Positions 36,979 through 50,190 of a stretch of 64,000 nucleotides of DNA are shown one piece after another; positions within the stretch are counted from its first letter, which is position 1; each line of letters begins with the position of its first letter. Below the pieces are notes generated by a model. It saw nothing but the letters and a program-made list of their open reading frames with translations. It had not been told where the DNA came from and made no database searches. The position numbers and the translations under genes were made by a program. Origin of the DNA: Tubulanus polymorphus (taxonomy: Eukaryota; Animalia; Nemertea); the NCBI RefSeq assembly GCF_964204645.1, contig NC_134026.1:3805950-3869949 (forward strand), written 5' to 3'.

Positions 36979-39900
36979 ACTGCAATACATTGAAGGTGGA
37001 AGGGAAATGAGAACTATTGGCTCCACATTAGATCCTTGTATTAGGATGTACTTGACTAAGTATACACATTTGTGAACATATCCTCGAAGGAAAACACCTC
37101 TTAGCAGCCGCCATTATTTATTATCAGACACGTCATGGCGTATTATTCTTCGAGACGATATCAACATTTTTGTCTTTCATTGCTAATAGTACGGGTATAG
37201 AGATTGGCTTGTCAAAATAACCACTATTGGATATTCTAGATCTAGAACTGAAAGTAATACGATTTAAATGAAATTGTTATTATATAATATGAATATAGCG
37301 AGTATATAAAAGTTGTTGTTCAATCTCGTTTTTAATTTCTTTGATTTTCAATCTTTCTTTTTGGTGTTCAATCTGTTTCAGAGTGTGGTATTGCCATCAT
37401 TTGTGATTGGCAACGATGTCTTCCATTAACATTTCGTTCATCTATGTGATGACCAACGCATGAAGTGGATGAGATTGAGAACTTTCCGTGATAAGACAAC
37501 CGGATTTATTTGAAAATAAACGGTCCACACTCGAATCGAACTTGAGTTCAGCGCTTTCCCAGCGTCGTGCAGTCCAAACTATAGCATCGACAAGGCTCAT
37601 ATTTTCATCCACCCATTCCGTGTTCTCTTATTTATTAAATACGCCATGAGCGCACAATTTTCGCGAGTATTGTATTTTTACGGAACTTCTTCTAGGTTGC
37701 TTTTTAGTGAGGATATTAACAAGGAGAGGAAGAATGGTCTTTTGTCCAGTATGACTAACAACGAACCGGAGAGTGATTCCTTGTCGTAGTAATTAATTGG
37801 CATATCTTTGTGAATTGTAAACGGTTCAATGGACGTATCATCACGGGGTAATTATGCAACTAGTATATAAGCATGAGACACCGATAATGATGCAATTGCA
37901 TCAATCGTATTGATATCACGCTTTCGAAGAGATGTTCGAAGAGATTTAACGAAATCTTGATCTCATTTGGCGTTATTGTTGCCAAACAAGAGAAGAAAAG
38001 TGGTAAAAAAGAAACGTTGATAAGCATTTTAGCAGGTTGCACTTGAGCTTACGTATTTGCGTGTTCTGAGATGAGATAATCTGATTTACTCGGCCAGCCT
38101 CGGGTATTCTTACGCGCGCAGTCTTTTTGTAGGCTAAAAGATTTGCTGTCACGAACAGACATATCGCCATTCTCCAAGGGTCCAACAATTATTTCGGATT
38201 GTTGAGGCAGTGTCTGAAGGTGCACCTGATTACCAGACGTGGTAAACGAATGCAGGTCATGTCACCGCTAACCTTTTGATATGCGTCACGACCAAGTGAC
38301 CAGCTTACCGTTGGTCATACCGTTGGTCATACGTTATTTTGCTGTTTGTATGCAACCACCGTAAATCGAGATTTCTTATTTCTTGCTAATGGGTATTTTT
38401 TCACGTATAAGTTTGACTAAAATTCCAAAGATTAGGTAATCGAAAAATGCTTGAGTTCAATATCATACTGGCGCAGTTATCACTTATTTTTTTAGTGAGC
38501 TGGGCATTAAAAAATCATCAAGTTAACACGTTTGACGTTGAGCGAGGGTGTTTTTCTATGAGAGAAACCATCAGCAACTGATCTAATTTTGCGACACCAA
38601 ACTAATTTTCAGGACAAAAAACACACACAACACACCTAGAGCCTTTCCAGCCTTGTCACTAAATCACACAATACTGTTTCCGACAAGGCAATACCATTTG
38701 AAGTTGTGTATACAAAAAAATCACTGGGATGGGAAATTAAGAGAATATCGTAACATGCGTACGCATATTCAATGGGGTTCGCTATACAAAAAGAGATAAA
38801 TAAAATCCAATATTGGAAAGAGCTCCATGTTTTTCTTCACCCGGTTAAATATATAACAGTCATCGAAGAATCATTTCGTAGCGAGTAGTGCATAAAACTG
38901 ATTGAAAACGTTTCGATTCGTGGCAGATCATAAAATCTAAAGCACTGCCACATTTCCAGAATGTAAAGTAAATAGTGATGAAATACCCCATAAACCGACC
39001 GGGGCCAGGATAAAATGGTTTTAGACTTGTAAGGAAGAGAGTATGGTGCGCATAAACTGATTAATGAGCTCGATAAAGATGTAGAAATCAATTCCATTAG
39101 GGTTTTACGCGATTTCGTCAAATAGTCTTCAATGCATGGAGCTGCACCCAAATGAACCAATTTCTTTGGATTATCTGAGACCATCATCCCTACTCAGTGA
39201 CGATCTGTGTATATATGTACTAACTACCTTGCTTTTTTTCTGTCGACGGCTGATATGATTTAGCGTTGAAAGCGCTGAACAGCTCGTGTTTTATGCAGAT
39301 GCAATACGTTGTTTGGTGACACCCGCAAACTGTAAACTGCTTTACCCCGATACGGCAGTCAATACACTTTAGAACTGGTTCTTGTGTCCTTCTCAGGTTT
39401 AAAGAATCGAGTTACTGTAACTAAAACAGGTTCATGTATTATTGGCCACGTATAAAACATATCAAATATATACTCATAGCAGTACCACACATCTATGTAC
39501 ATATAAATTAGTTATTTGCGATGCTTATTTTACGCCCTAGTTCACGTTACTGATCATAATGGACAAACAACGACATACAAAGTGTTCATCTAGCGTGTGG
39601 CTAACAGTACGTGTTCAGTAATGACAAAAAGCTGTTTTTTGTTACACGTCGTTTTTTGTTACATGTTTTTTTCCGGGTTACTTGGAGATGTGTGAGTTCA
39701 GCAAGCACCTTCCATCGCATACAAATGAATGCCTTAAAAGACTCGAATGATAAAAACATTCACAAATTTATTTATTATTCATAATTTTCAACATTTCTTC
39801 GTTTGCAGAAAATAATTCATAACTCTTGAAAATTCTATTTCCCGATAACATTTGAGCATTTAAGATAACAAACACCTAATTTCAAGCATTCCGCACGGAA

Positions 39901-40100
39901 TTTCAATTTGATCATAACAACGCATCTCGAAAAAACTAAATTTGTCCACGAAGCTTTTTCCGGAAGTAATAACATTCGTTTAAAAGTTTTCATAATCAAT
40001 TTACTTTTTCTATTAATACTGCTGGATCCAAGTGTGTGCCTGCTCTACAGACGAAATTCGAACGTTATCAAGATGACGTAGATATTTACAAAAATAACTT

Positions 40101-40750
40101 TTAAGCAGGGGAACCATTGGGCACCTTGTTACGTTGAGGAATATCTAAAGTACAAGTAGTTTCGACAACTTTTACTCTAAGACTTCTCACCGAGCCCACA
40201 TCGCCATTGATTTTAGCCGTCTCCTTCACTTCTTCATCTATAGCTCGCAAATCTTCGAAACTGACGTAATCGTCTACGTCATCCAGCTCTATCCTATCAG
40301 CGCGCGTCGCCGTGACCCGGATGTTGATATCACTCGAACAGAGTTTGATACGTTGTTCGTTCAGAAGACACGGCGAAGTGCAGCGAACATTATTTCTTGG
40401 AGTTCTTGAATGCATTTGAGTGGGAGACTGGTCCATATATGAATAATGCGTTTCAGTTACGTTATATCGGCTGTCAAACTTATATTTCACTTCCTTGGGT
40501 CGCTTCCGCGTTGGACGACAAGTGCTTAAGATTGTGTTCTTGAAAGCCTCTCGAAATTTGAGGGACATAATATTGTAAAGAATGGGGTTTATGGTTGAAC
40601 TGACGTAGTATAGAACACCGGATATATAAAATAATGCTTTATACAAATAGAGTAGTTTCTCATTCGAGTCGATATCCTTGGCGTAGATGACCAGAAGTCT
40701 CTGCGTGTGGAAAGGCGCCCAGCATATGAAAAATGCGACGACCACGGCAA
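40101..40750 (-). CDS. Terminal exon (TM6-TM7-C tail) of a class A neuropeptide GPCR, neuromedin-U/PRXamide (pyrokinin/CAPA) receptor-like; partial
   Basis: Acceptor ttttttcag at 40751. Translation AVVVAFFICWAPFHTQRLL...LFYISGVLYYVSSTINPILYNIMSLKFREAFK contains CWxP, the family-typical FHxQRL, NPxxY and helix 8. Stop TAA at 40103-40101. Confidence 0.9.
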
Positions 40751-43700
40751 CTGAAAAAAATACAAAAAGAAGATAAACATCTTAGAAACCCATCCCTGTG
40801 ACAAACATACCAATCGATCCACCGGTCGATCAAAATGGTGACCGATCCATTTCGATTACCGTTTGGTATAGGTTTACATATAAACGCATGGATACAGCTA
40901 CAGCTGTTTGGGTGCGGTTGAAATGTATACCACATCCTCAATACAAATTAGCCATCTCTAGTAATGAGAATACCCTAAATGTTAAGCGTTGACATACCCT
41001 AATTCTATCCTATCATTGATAGTTTCCCGTGCCGATTCACGGCATAGTACTGTTGACAGGTCGACTTATAATATGGTTTCATGTACGTAATATAACCATC
41101 GACCAATTTTCACGATGATTAATTTGATTGACAACGGATTAACCAAATTACTGACGTGTAATCTTGATCATTGCATGATACCAGTTAATCCAATGTGTCC
41201 GATATATTCGCGAATATATTCTTATTGATCACACGCTTAATAATAAATCATATTTCGAGACAAACAGCAAGAGAGAGAATGTATATTCGATATACCAAAT
41301 TCGCAACGGGGTTCGAACTAAATGGATATTCCATGATTCCCTTTGAGTCCTTGTTGAAATACCTTATTGAATATGATACTTGTTCTATTTTGCGTGGGTA
41401 AAAGAATCCGTAGATCAATTTCATCCGGCAGAACTATTTCGACACTCGTAGAAATAAAGCAATTAATCTTTGGACGGGTATACACACCTATATTCCAGTA
41501 CATTTATATATAACATAGAAGGTTTGACACGGACACAGTGGTTAACGGAGAACCTCTCGAAAACATTTTTTCAAACGATCTAAATGAAGCTCAAGAATCT
41601 ATCGAAATTGAAAAAACATCTAATTTCTTTAGTACCGAGGAGGCCAAGTGATAATAAATTCGTAAACGTTCTTTAACAAAGCTCCGTGACATGGAAACCG
41701 TCTGTGAATATTCAGAATAACCTCCACGTCAGACGCAATGAACAAATTCAATATACATCGATATGTAGGATTTTGTTATTGAACTCTGAATGTTTTCAAT
41801 TTCAAAGTTCTACATCTTAAAAAATCTAACAAGCTACAAACCGGTACCCACGTAATATCAACCAATGGCACCTAATTGCGTCATTTAAAAGGCTAGCAAA
41901 TAGTTTTTGCGTGAAACAAGAAACTCGAAGACGGAAGTATTGACTTCGTGTAAAAATAAGATAGTCCATTAATTCTCAATGACAGGCATTTTTCTGAACT
42001 CAGACGGATGCTTTTCGTTCGCCGGAAGTTTTACGACACTTTGTCGACGTGATTCCCTTCGGCTCTGTATATAATCGTGACCCCGAGCAAAATATCCTCG
42101 CCGCTTCCCTCTCGCAAAATAAGAAAGCGTTTTTGACGCCGTGTCAACAAAATATGTGTTGTATGCTTAAATCACGCTACGGGCTATAACATTAAACAAC
42201 ACTACACTGCACACGCGCCGTTCTCGTTCTTATCCTCGTTTTCTGGGAGATGATAGAAGACGACGACTGGTATGTTCGTAGTACGTTGTTTTAGATGTTA
42301 TTTACAGTTATTTTAGATCACAGTTGCTGGCCACTATTTGTTGAGTACTTTTTTCATCGTGTATTTTTACATCATTTCCGTTTTTTTTTCTAATTATCAT
42401 TTCATTGAAACATGAGAAACTTACAATGAGATAATGAGAAATAAAACTACCATTCACTTTGGCAGGTAGGTGTACATCATTTCCGATTGGCTGTATTGTG
42501 TTTCAGATACAGTTTTTTTAGGTATTTGGACGGTAGTCAGTGGCTGATTCTTATCGTGGATGATAGTGCGAAGTTTCAAAATTGAAACTAAAGCTGAATT
42601 TATATGTTTTTAGTCTATTTTCAGGTTTTGGAATAGTAGATTTACACGTGATATTCGTATAACACGTAATCTCGTCTCGGGACTCCGAGTGAAACTGATC
42701 AGGTTAACTCAATTCGATGAAGTCTATTGTAATTGGATGATACTACGAATTACGTATTAGCTTTCACTTGTATTTTATTGTTGGCTATCGATAGCTATAC
42801 TTTGATATTATCGGAGCCTTGACTAGAACATGTTCATAAAAGGCCCATAAAACGCAAGATTTGTACACAATATATCAAGATAGACGAAATGTCGTAACTG
42901 AAACCGCGTAGTGAAGAGAACATGCGTGTATATTTCGAGAGCCCACGAGGCACAGTAGGTATATTACGGGCGAATAAATTGTGCTCATAAACTTAACGAG
43001 CCTCGTAGGGAAACTCGTAGGATGAGGACACACTGGCACTGATTAAACCGCTTAATGAAAAGTAAACGATTTGCGTCGTCTGTATCAGATCTGTAGAGAG
43101 TTGGGTAATAGGACTTTTATGTGGCGATTTATCGTGCGGAGATACCTGCTAAACATTCCATCTTTACCTCTTATACACCGCAACGAGTCAATCAAGCAGA
43201 AAATTGCCTGAGTCGAAGCTCGCAAAAATATTTCCACGAAATCCTCTGCGGGGTCTAATATTGCTGGCTCATTTTTTAGTTTATTCCCCTTTGTAGTTCA
43301 TCGTGAGCCGCACTCGTTACAATGTAGATCTGACTGTAAATAATTTATCTTTCAATTAGCATGATTTTGAATCACTTTTTAAGTTATTAATCAAGATTTC
43401 CATGTGAAGACACACCGTGATATTTATCTATCGTCGGCATGCGATGCAATTTTAAGCCGATCAATTCATTAGATACTCTCTACGAGCTGCGCTTAATTGA
43501 CGTTCGTCTGCTATCACCGATATCTTGCCATGATTCGTTCATCAAGAATCTTTATAACGGAGTCGCGATGGCAGGTCCATATTTACGCTAAATGTTACGA
43601 TCAATTATCGTATGTTATTTTTGAATTCTTACGCAGAACGAAACCTTGCGCTAGACACAAATCGAAGAGACGCATCAGAAAGCCTTACAAAAAAGATAGG

Positions 43701-46585
43701 CCGTTATATCGTTTATGAAGTATTCCTGCCTGCATCAACAGTCTTATTCTACACACACATAGTTCAAGTCCATTTGTTACAGAACATGTTGTGTATTGAT
43801 GAGATTTTTCCGTACTAGACGTGTCATTAATCACATTGATATAGGAAACAATACTATCGAAGCATTTTTAGCAACAGTCGTTTTGTTCCTAACACTTTGA
43901 CACGTCGAAGCTGAGGAGTTTATCCATTATACACAACAATATCGAACCATTCGTTCCATATAAGATTTTAACCCCTGCAGAGATCGACCCGGTGATATAT
44001 TCACGTATTACCCTTATGAAAGAAGCGGTTGGTTAAAAATGATTGAAAGTTAATGTCCTTGACGCTTTCATACACTCTGTCATCAGCGAATCACCTCATT
44101 GTAGCTAACTAACCCGACTGGTAGATCATATACAGATTGACAGCTAATTTATATCGCAGCGAGCTACCGAGAATTTAAATGCAATTACACACAGAAGAGG
44201 CGCAGATACAGCATGACCGAGCCTCAACCCTATATTCTGCTTGTGATGATGCGCTACGATTTTTTGCAGTCGTCAAAATTATCTATGAAGCGAGTCTCTA
44301 TCATAAAACTGTCATTCGACGCCAAACGTTGTGAGTAAGAAAGAATCCGCCTTTTGTCATTTTGGAAGGAAATCTAGGAAACTGTTACAGTAATATGAAA
44401 GTGTTTTTTTTTAATTCTATGTATTGTTGAAATTAACTTAAGTTCAACTAATTAACGTATCAAAACTCTTGAAAGCTCACACCCACGGGTTTGGCGGTAA
44501 CAGAGCCTGGCAAGCGAGCATGATCGAAGCCATGAATATTTCAAAAAGAATAATTCAGAATCAGAACTCTCAACTACTGAAGACGCCCATTACTAGCTAC
44601 GTTATATTCCACTCGCAAAATCGACAAATTCTCAGAAAACAGGCATTATCGTTCACATCGGATTTCATTTGAACGACCACAAACACACTGCGTCTATATC
44701 GTTAGAATGGTTAAGAGCGGTAACGGGGTATTTTTCACCGGGGAATCTTATCTACTATAATGCGTCGACCAATGCCTGCTGCTAACATATAATGGGCTGC
44801 CGTTTATTCGAAACTACCCCGCGATAACGACTCTCGAAGGGCTTCCTCTCTTCTTTTATATCGGGCATTGTCTTTCAGTCAGTGAACAAGATATATTCGC
44901 CTTGCCCGGGTAGTCGGCATATTTAAATGACATGTCAAGAATATGAGTTCAGTTCTACGCTACGAGCAAAATATCCAAGGTCGCGTATTTTCTAAAATAG
45001 CGATTCTTCAAGATTACAATGAAAAAAAAAAGCTCTGAAATCAAAATGAATATTCACGACGCTTTATCTGCCCAACTACTGCAACTCGAAAACATGCAAT
45101 ATTAATTTTGAAACATAGAAGTCTTATTGGGTATTGGCAAAGGCATCTCGTAATATGGGCCAATCAGCCATTCTGTCTGATAGTGGTATTCTTTTATCTT
45201 CACCGATTGAAGATAATAAAAAAATAATCATTTACTTATCCCAAAGTATCTATATCATCCCCACAGTAAATCCAGATCATTGAAACGACGTAAAAAGAGA
45301 TAATTGTAACATGAGCAGATTGTATTACGAATACGGTTTTATGTGGATGTTGCTCGATTAACGGCAAAAGCCCCACAGAGAAATGATATACGAGATGAAA
45401 TGAAAGTTCATGTTTCCTTTTGCTGAAGCGAAATCTTCAGTTGTAAAAACAGTTTCGCATCTTTGCACGTGTCTTTATTTGTAGAATTACCTTTTCGATC
45501 GCCCGTACTTATAATGATGCATTTCCTGCGATCCTTTCCTTTAAGAGAAACGATTAGCTGTATACACGTTTTTTTTCAATTAGGCCTCATCCCATGATCG
45601 TTTCTGGCAATATGTTTCTTTTATGTCCGCAACCCAATTAATATTGGAAGCTTCGTAAACCGGCGGCAATTCAAAAACCTACAGTCTGTTGCAGACACTA
45701 AAAAACCCGATTAAACCACAGATAACCCGAAGGCATTTCATGTTATTGGGAACGATAGAAAATTTTTCGTTGTCTGGAGTCGTCGTGAATAGGATGATAC
45801 TCTTAGATATGATACCTTAATAAAATAGTAAACTTATTGACGAGTCAAAATACCACAGAGGAAGACAAATCCAGATGACTTAAACATATCGACATTCTGC
45901 AGGTACGCCCGGTGTGTGGCGATAATAAAAAAAGGTTCGTTCATCTGATAGCTATTGTGAGAACCAGAGCCTGGGGGATGAGTGAAACGTCAGGTCAGCT
46001 TTGTACCTTATTTCCAGGTAATCAACGGATGCGCTGCCCGTATACGTCGCCGATTGTATTCGGCTGCGCTAATCTGCTGGCTACGCTCCCAACAAACAAC
46101 CAAACACGTATCAACCATCTCCTTACCCTGGGGTATGGCGACTGGCTACTATTTTTCAATCGCGACGGATCAAAATAAATGATAATGGGGAAAATAGATT
46201 GACTCTTACAGGCAAAGCAGCGAGCTCTTCTCCTCATATCGCTAGAGAAATCGTGCTGCCGCGACATTTCTTTATAATTACATCGAAAGCTAAGCATTGG
46301 CGATAATATCCACGAAAGAGCTAACAACCACATTCCCGCTGCGGAATGGCGCAATATTGTTGACTTTAAGAAAATTTGTTTCGGTGGTAAGAACGAGAAT
46401 CCCCTGCAAATGTAAACGTTTACTTCACGTGGAATTCAATTGGATGCAAAACGCGTCGCTTATTTGAAATGGAATTCACACCAAAATTGATCTTCACAGA
46501 AAACCTTTTCCTTTACATCAATTTCATCGTATTATCTTTTATCAGCATAAACAGCTTTTATCAACTTGTATGCAAACATATACAT

Positions 46586-47105
46586 AATTCAATTCAATTC
46601 AATTTAATCTTTATTGCACCGTAATATACAAATGACATTATTGGCTTTTTGCAATAAAGAGGAAAACAAAGAAGAATACATGTATAGTATATATCAAAAC
46701 CAGATAAAATTTATAGCAGTCTATATACAAACATGATGAGATAGGCAGATACACTAGTTTCTCTATACTATGACTAGGATTCAATAGTCCGAGACGGTTC
46801 ATATGAGTAGGCTATGTACAAGTAAAAAATCTGATTCAGTAAACAACGTCATATCATGTCATATACATACACATAGCTGAATCTAGCAAGAAGCCTTTAT
46901 AAATTTCCCAAGGCTATACGCCATCTGTACAGTTGACATAATGGTTCTGAATTTACACTCACTTGAGGACCTCCTGCATTCCGGAAAATTTCTATATAAT
47001 ACTTCAAGAAGAGTTTTCTATTGTCAGACCACTTTGAACATTGCATAACAAAGTGGAATTCATCCTCAACAATATTACATTTTTCACATAACCTATTCAC
47101 TCTTG
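46586..47105 (-). mobile_element. 5'-truncated non-LTR retrotransposon (CR1/L2-like) 3' remnant
   Basis: RLCEKCNIVEDEFHFVMQCSKWSDNRK is the C-terminal CCHC finger typical of LINE ORF2. Downstream on the same strand are AATAAA (46615-46610) and a (TTGAA)n microsatellite tail (46605-46586). Confidence 0.8.
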
Positions 47106-50104
47106 CTGGAAATCTGTTTCAGCGAATCTCTTGATGAAAATTCTACTACTATTATTTTCTTAAAAATGGAAATGCCCCAATCTGAGAGATAAAGCCAAGC
47201 GTCAGGATCCCCGTGTTAAAACGCCGTTCTGAGTCTACTTCCGGTGCACAAACGATGACAGAAAAATAGCTCAATTTAATTTCGACTATCTATCGGACAG
47301 TTATCATCTCGCAATTGAGCTTTTATCTTCTCTATTTATCGTTATTAGCCGTCATTAGTACTAATTAATCCTATCAATGCATTCATCGAATTTCTAAAAG
47401 AATACCGAGACTGATGTATACACGCGTACGTACGGAATTGTACCACACCCTTTGATAAATAGAAATGAATTAGAATCGAACCATCGAACCCATACTCGGT
47501 ACGTATTAAACAAAAGATAAGGTCGGGATCATCGTATATCGGTTATCATATACTGTAGTGCAAATGGTAAAACGTATGATTAAGTACTCAAAATAATCAA
47601 TTATTTATACTTTCCTGTAACTGGCGTTTAAGGCGTTTTACGAATCTGTGAAACTGTCAACCGACCAAAGCTACAGCAACTTTTGTGCCGAAGGGGGTCA
47701 AGGTCTAAAGAGACCAGACACTATCAGTGCGATACGAAACTATATGGACGATAAGATACGATAGGGATATTCTAACTGGTTACAGACCTATTTCGAAAAA
47801 AAAGCTTCCATAAAAACGACGGCAGTAGATTTCGCATTTTGTAGTCGTCTTTTAGATGGCCCGCAATGAAGTGCTCTACACTGCAATTTTCTCTCATTAT
47901 GTTTTCACACGACAAGACGTTTATCATTGATTGCGGGTGACGTGCCCGAGCTTAAATTCCAATTAAATCTTTTAACTGCAAAATTAAATCGTCTACTTAG
48001 ACACTCGATGCCAGCGGCATAACCCGACGATTGGAGAACGATGTTGGAAAAGACCAACGCACAACTCCACAGTACGTCATATATTTTGCCTCGATTTATA
48101 AATATGATAGATCTACGTACGTTATCTTAACCCCTAAGATTAATCCTCAAGAAGCCAATTTATGAGATTATTGGCTGTACGTATATGATGGATCTTTATA
48201 TAGTGCATTTTCGGTAAATAACAAACTAATTGATTGGTTACGATGTTCTCTAAGACGTACACATTTACGTCATTCTACGTTGCTATTAACCGACATCGTT
48301 TCGTTATCATGTCCACAGGGCAATAATTCTTAGTCTCATTCGTCCCCAATTCGCATGTCAATTAGGTATTCATAATTAGACGAGATTTCCACAGTCTCTG
48401 AGACGCTGAAAGCGGCTCGTCAATAAACAAACTCTCTCTGTCATCAATGGTAATTCGATTTTTAGAGATTTCTGACCTAGAAAGTAGCTGTACGCACGAT
48501 AGCGTTTTTCTTGCAATACCGGGCGCATCGCTCGGAACGTAAATATGACCCGCTATTTATTCGAACTACCTTTCCTTGCGCATGGGATGACATTATTTGA
48601 AATTAGCAAAATCATTCTCTAGCTGAGGGCTATAATAGCTCGCTCCCTGCACTAATTTACCTCAAAATCATTCGCAATTTTATGATCTCCGTCCATGAAC
48701 ACACACGGTAAATTTACGTTGACCAATGATTTTAAAAAAGTGGAAAATGTTCATAATTGGCTTCAACTTTATCAGCAGATATTCGGAGGTAAAGAAAACA
48801 AATCAAAACAAAGAAAAATAAAAAGAGAGGTAAGCATGGGAATGAATTGGTGGACATAATTGCGATTTTTACGAAATCGTGTAAAATTGTCCATCAAGTA
48901 GATTGAAACACCAGGAAGTTGCTTTTGAAGGGAAAATCGTTTATCTTTAGTCTTCCCGGACTGCATATGGAGGTAAATGGGCAACAGGAAATTACCTATC
49001 GTAAATCAATTATGGACATTTTGACGACGTACAATAAGTCTGCATTTCGGGTGTCATATTCGAACTCACGTAGGAAATTATTGGGAAAAAATAAGTCATG
49101 AAAATCACCACGTAGATTTACAGTAGAGTTCATGTACATTTTAGAGTAATAACTCCTAAAGATGCAAGTTGTAGTGCGTAGTAGATTTTCATAACCTCGC
49201 GACGACATATTAATTAAGCTAGACTGCCACTTTCGCCTCCGTAAGCACCAAACCACCGCGATATTTGCCGGTAAAAACCTACATTTCATCAACTTTAAAT
49301 GTATTACCATCGGGTTCCGCAGTTTTGTAGCAAAATCCGGGAAAAAAATCAAGTCTTCCATTCCACGTGATACTGGTAATAATGCCGCGCCAGTCATAAA
49401 AGGGTCAAACACAACAATCCCCTTTTGGAACTGATTTCGTTACATTTTCATTATTTTGGAATTGGTTCACCTAAAAGCTTAAAAAGGACCAGTCTAAGAC
49501 TTAGCATGGCTGCCATATGATCTTTACCAAGCAGTTTCAAAGCCAATCGCCGCGCCACTTACACACGATCACCGTCAGACTAACCGTGTTTGGGTAATAC
49601 CGTGAGTAATTCATTAAATATCGAAACGTGGTTTTTCTGAGACTACGATCTTTTGTAGTGTGAAAGGGCACCGGCTCGATCTGCGGCGTCGAGGGCCTCA
49701 TTTACATTCAGGTATAACTGCATAGCTGTTTTTTTTACGCGGTGGGTCATGCAGCGATTTTGTCCGCACCTGCTTGCTGCCCTCGAGGTGCGTCTCGTCA
49801 TTTCCTTGGGAATCCCCATGGCAATTAAGTTAAAAACCCACTGTTTTATGATTGAAAACACGAAATCTATTATCGAAAATTTAAAAATCTTTAAGACATA
49901 ACATTTCGGTCTCTGACTAGAGACCGTCATTAGGTGTGATGAAGAAATAAGAACAAGGGACTGGGAATGACAAACTAATTGAGGAGTGAGACCATAATTA
50001 GGGATTGACGAGCATGATGTTATGTATAAAGGAAAAGTATGGGAGACAAGCCGTTGTTTAAATAAGTGCTAATTGCATCTACGCTGGTTTTTGTGGAAAC
50101 ACAT

Positions 50105-50190
50105 CCGCACCACGTCCGCCTCCGGAGCACCCGCATCCGCCTCCGGAGCACCCGCATCCGACTCCGGAGCACCTGCGTCCGCACCCACCT
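50105..50190. repeat. Short GC-rich tandem repeat, 21-nt unit x about 3
   Basis: tccgcctccggagcacccgca repeated. It explains the RMRVLRR repeats in the spurious ORF 50020-50259. Confidence 0.9.

Noticed and set aside
45230-45330. Hydrophobic minus-strand stretch (VTIISFYVVSMIWIY) as a possible GPCR TM5 exon
   Set aside because: It lacks the TM5 proline and LY pattern and runs into a stop without a suitable donor.
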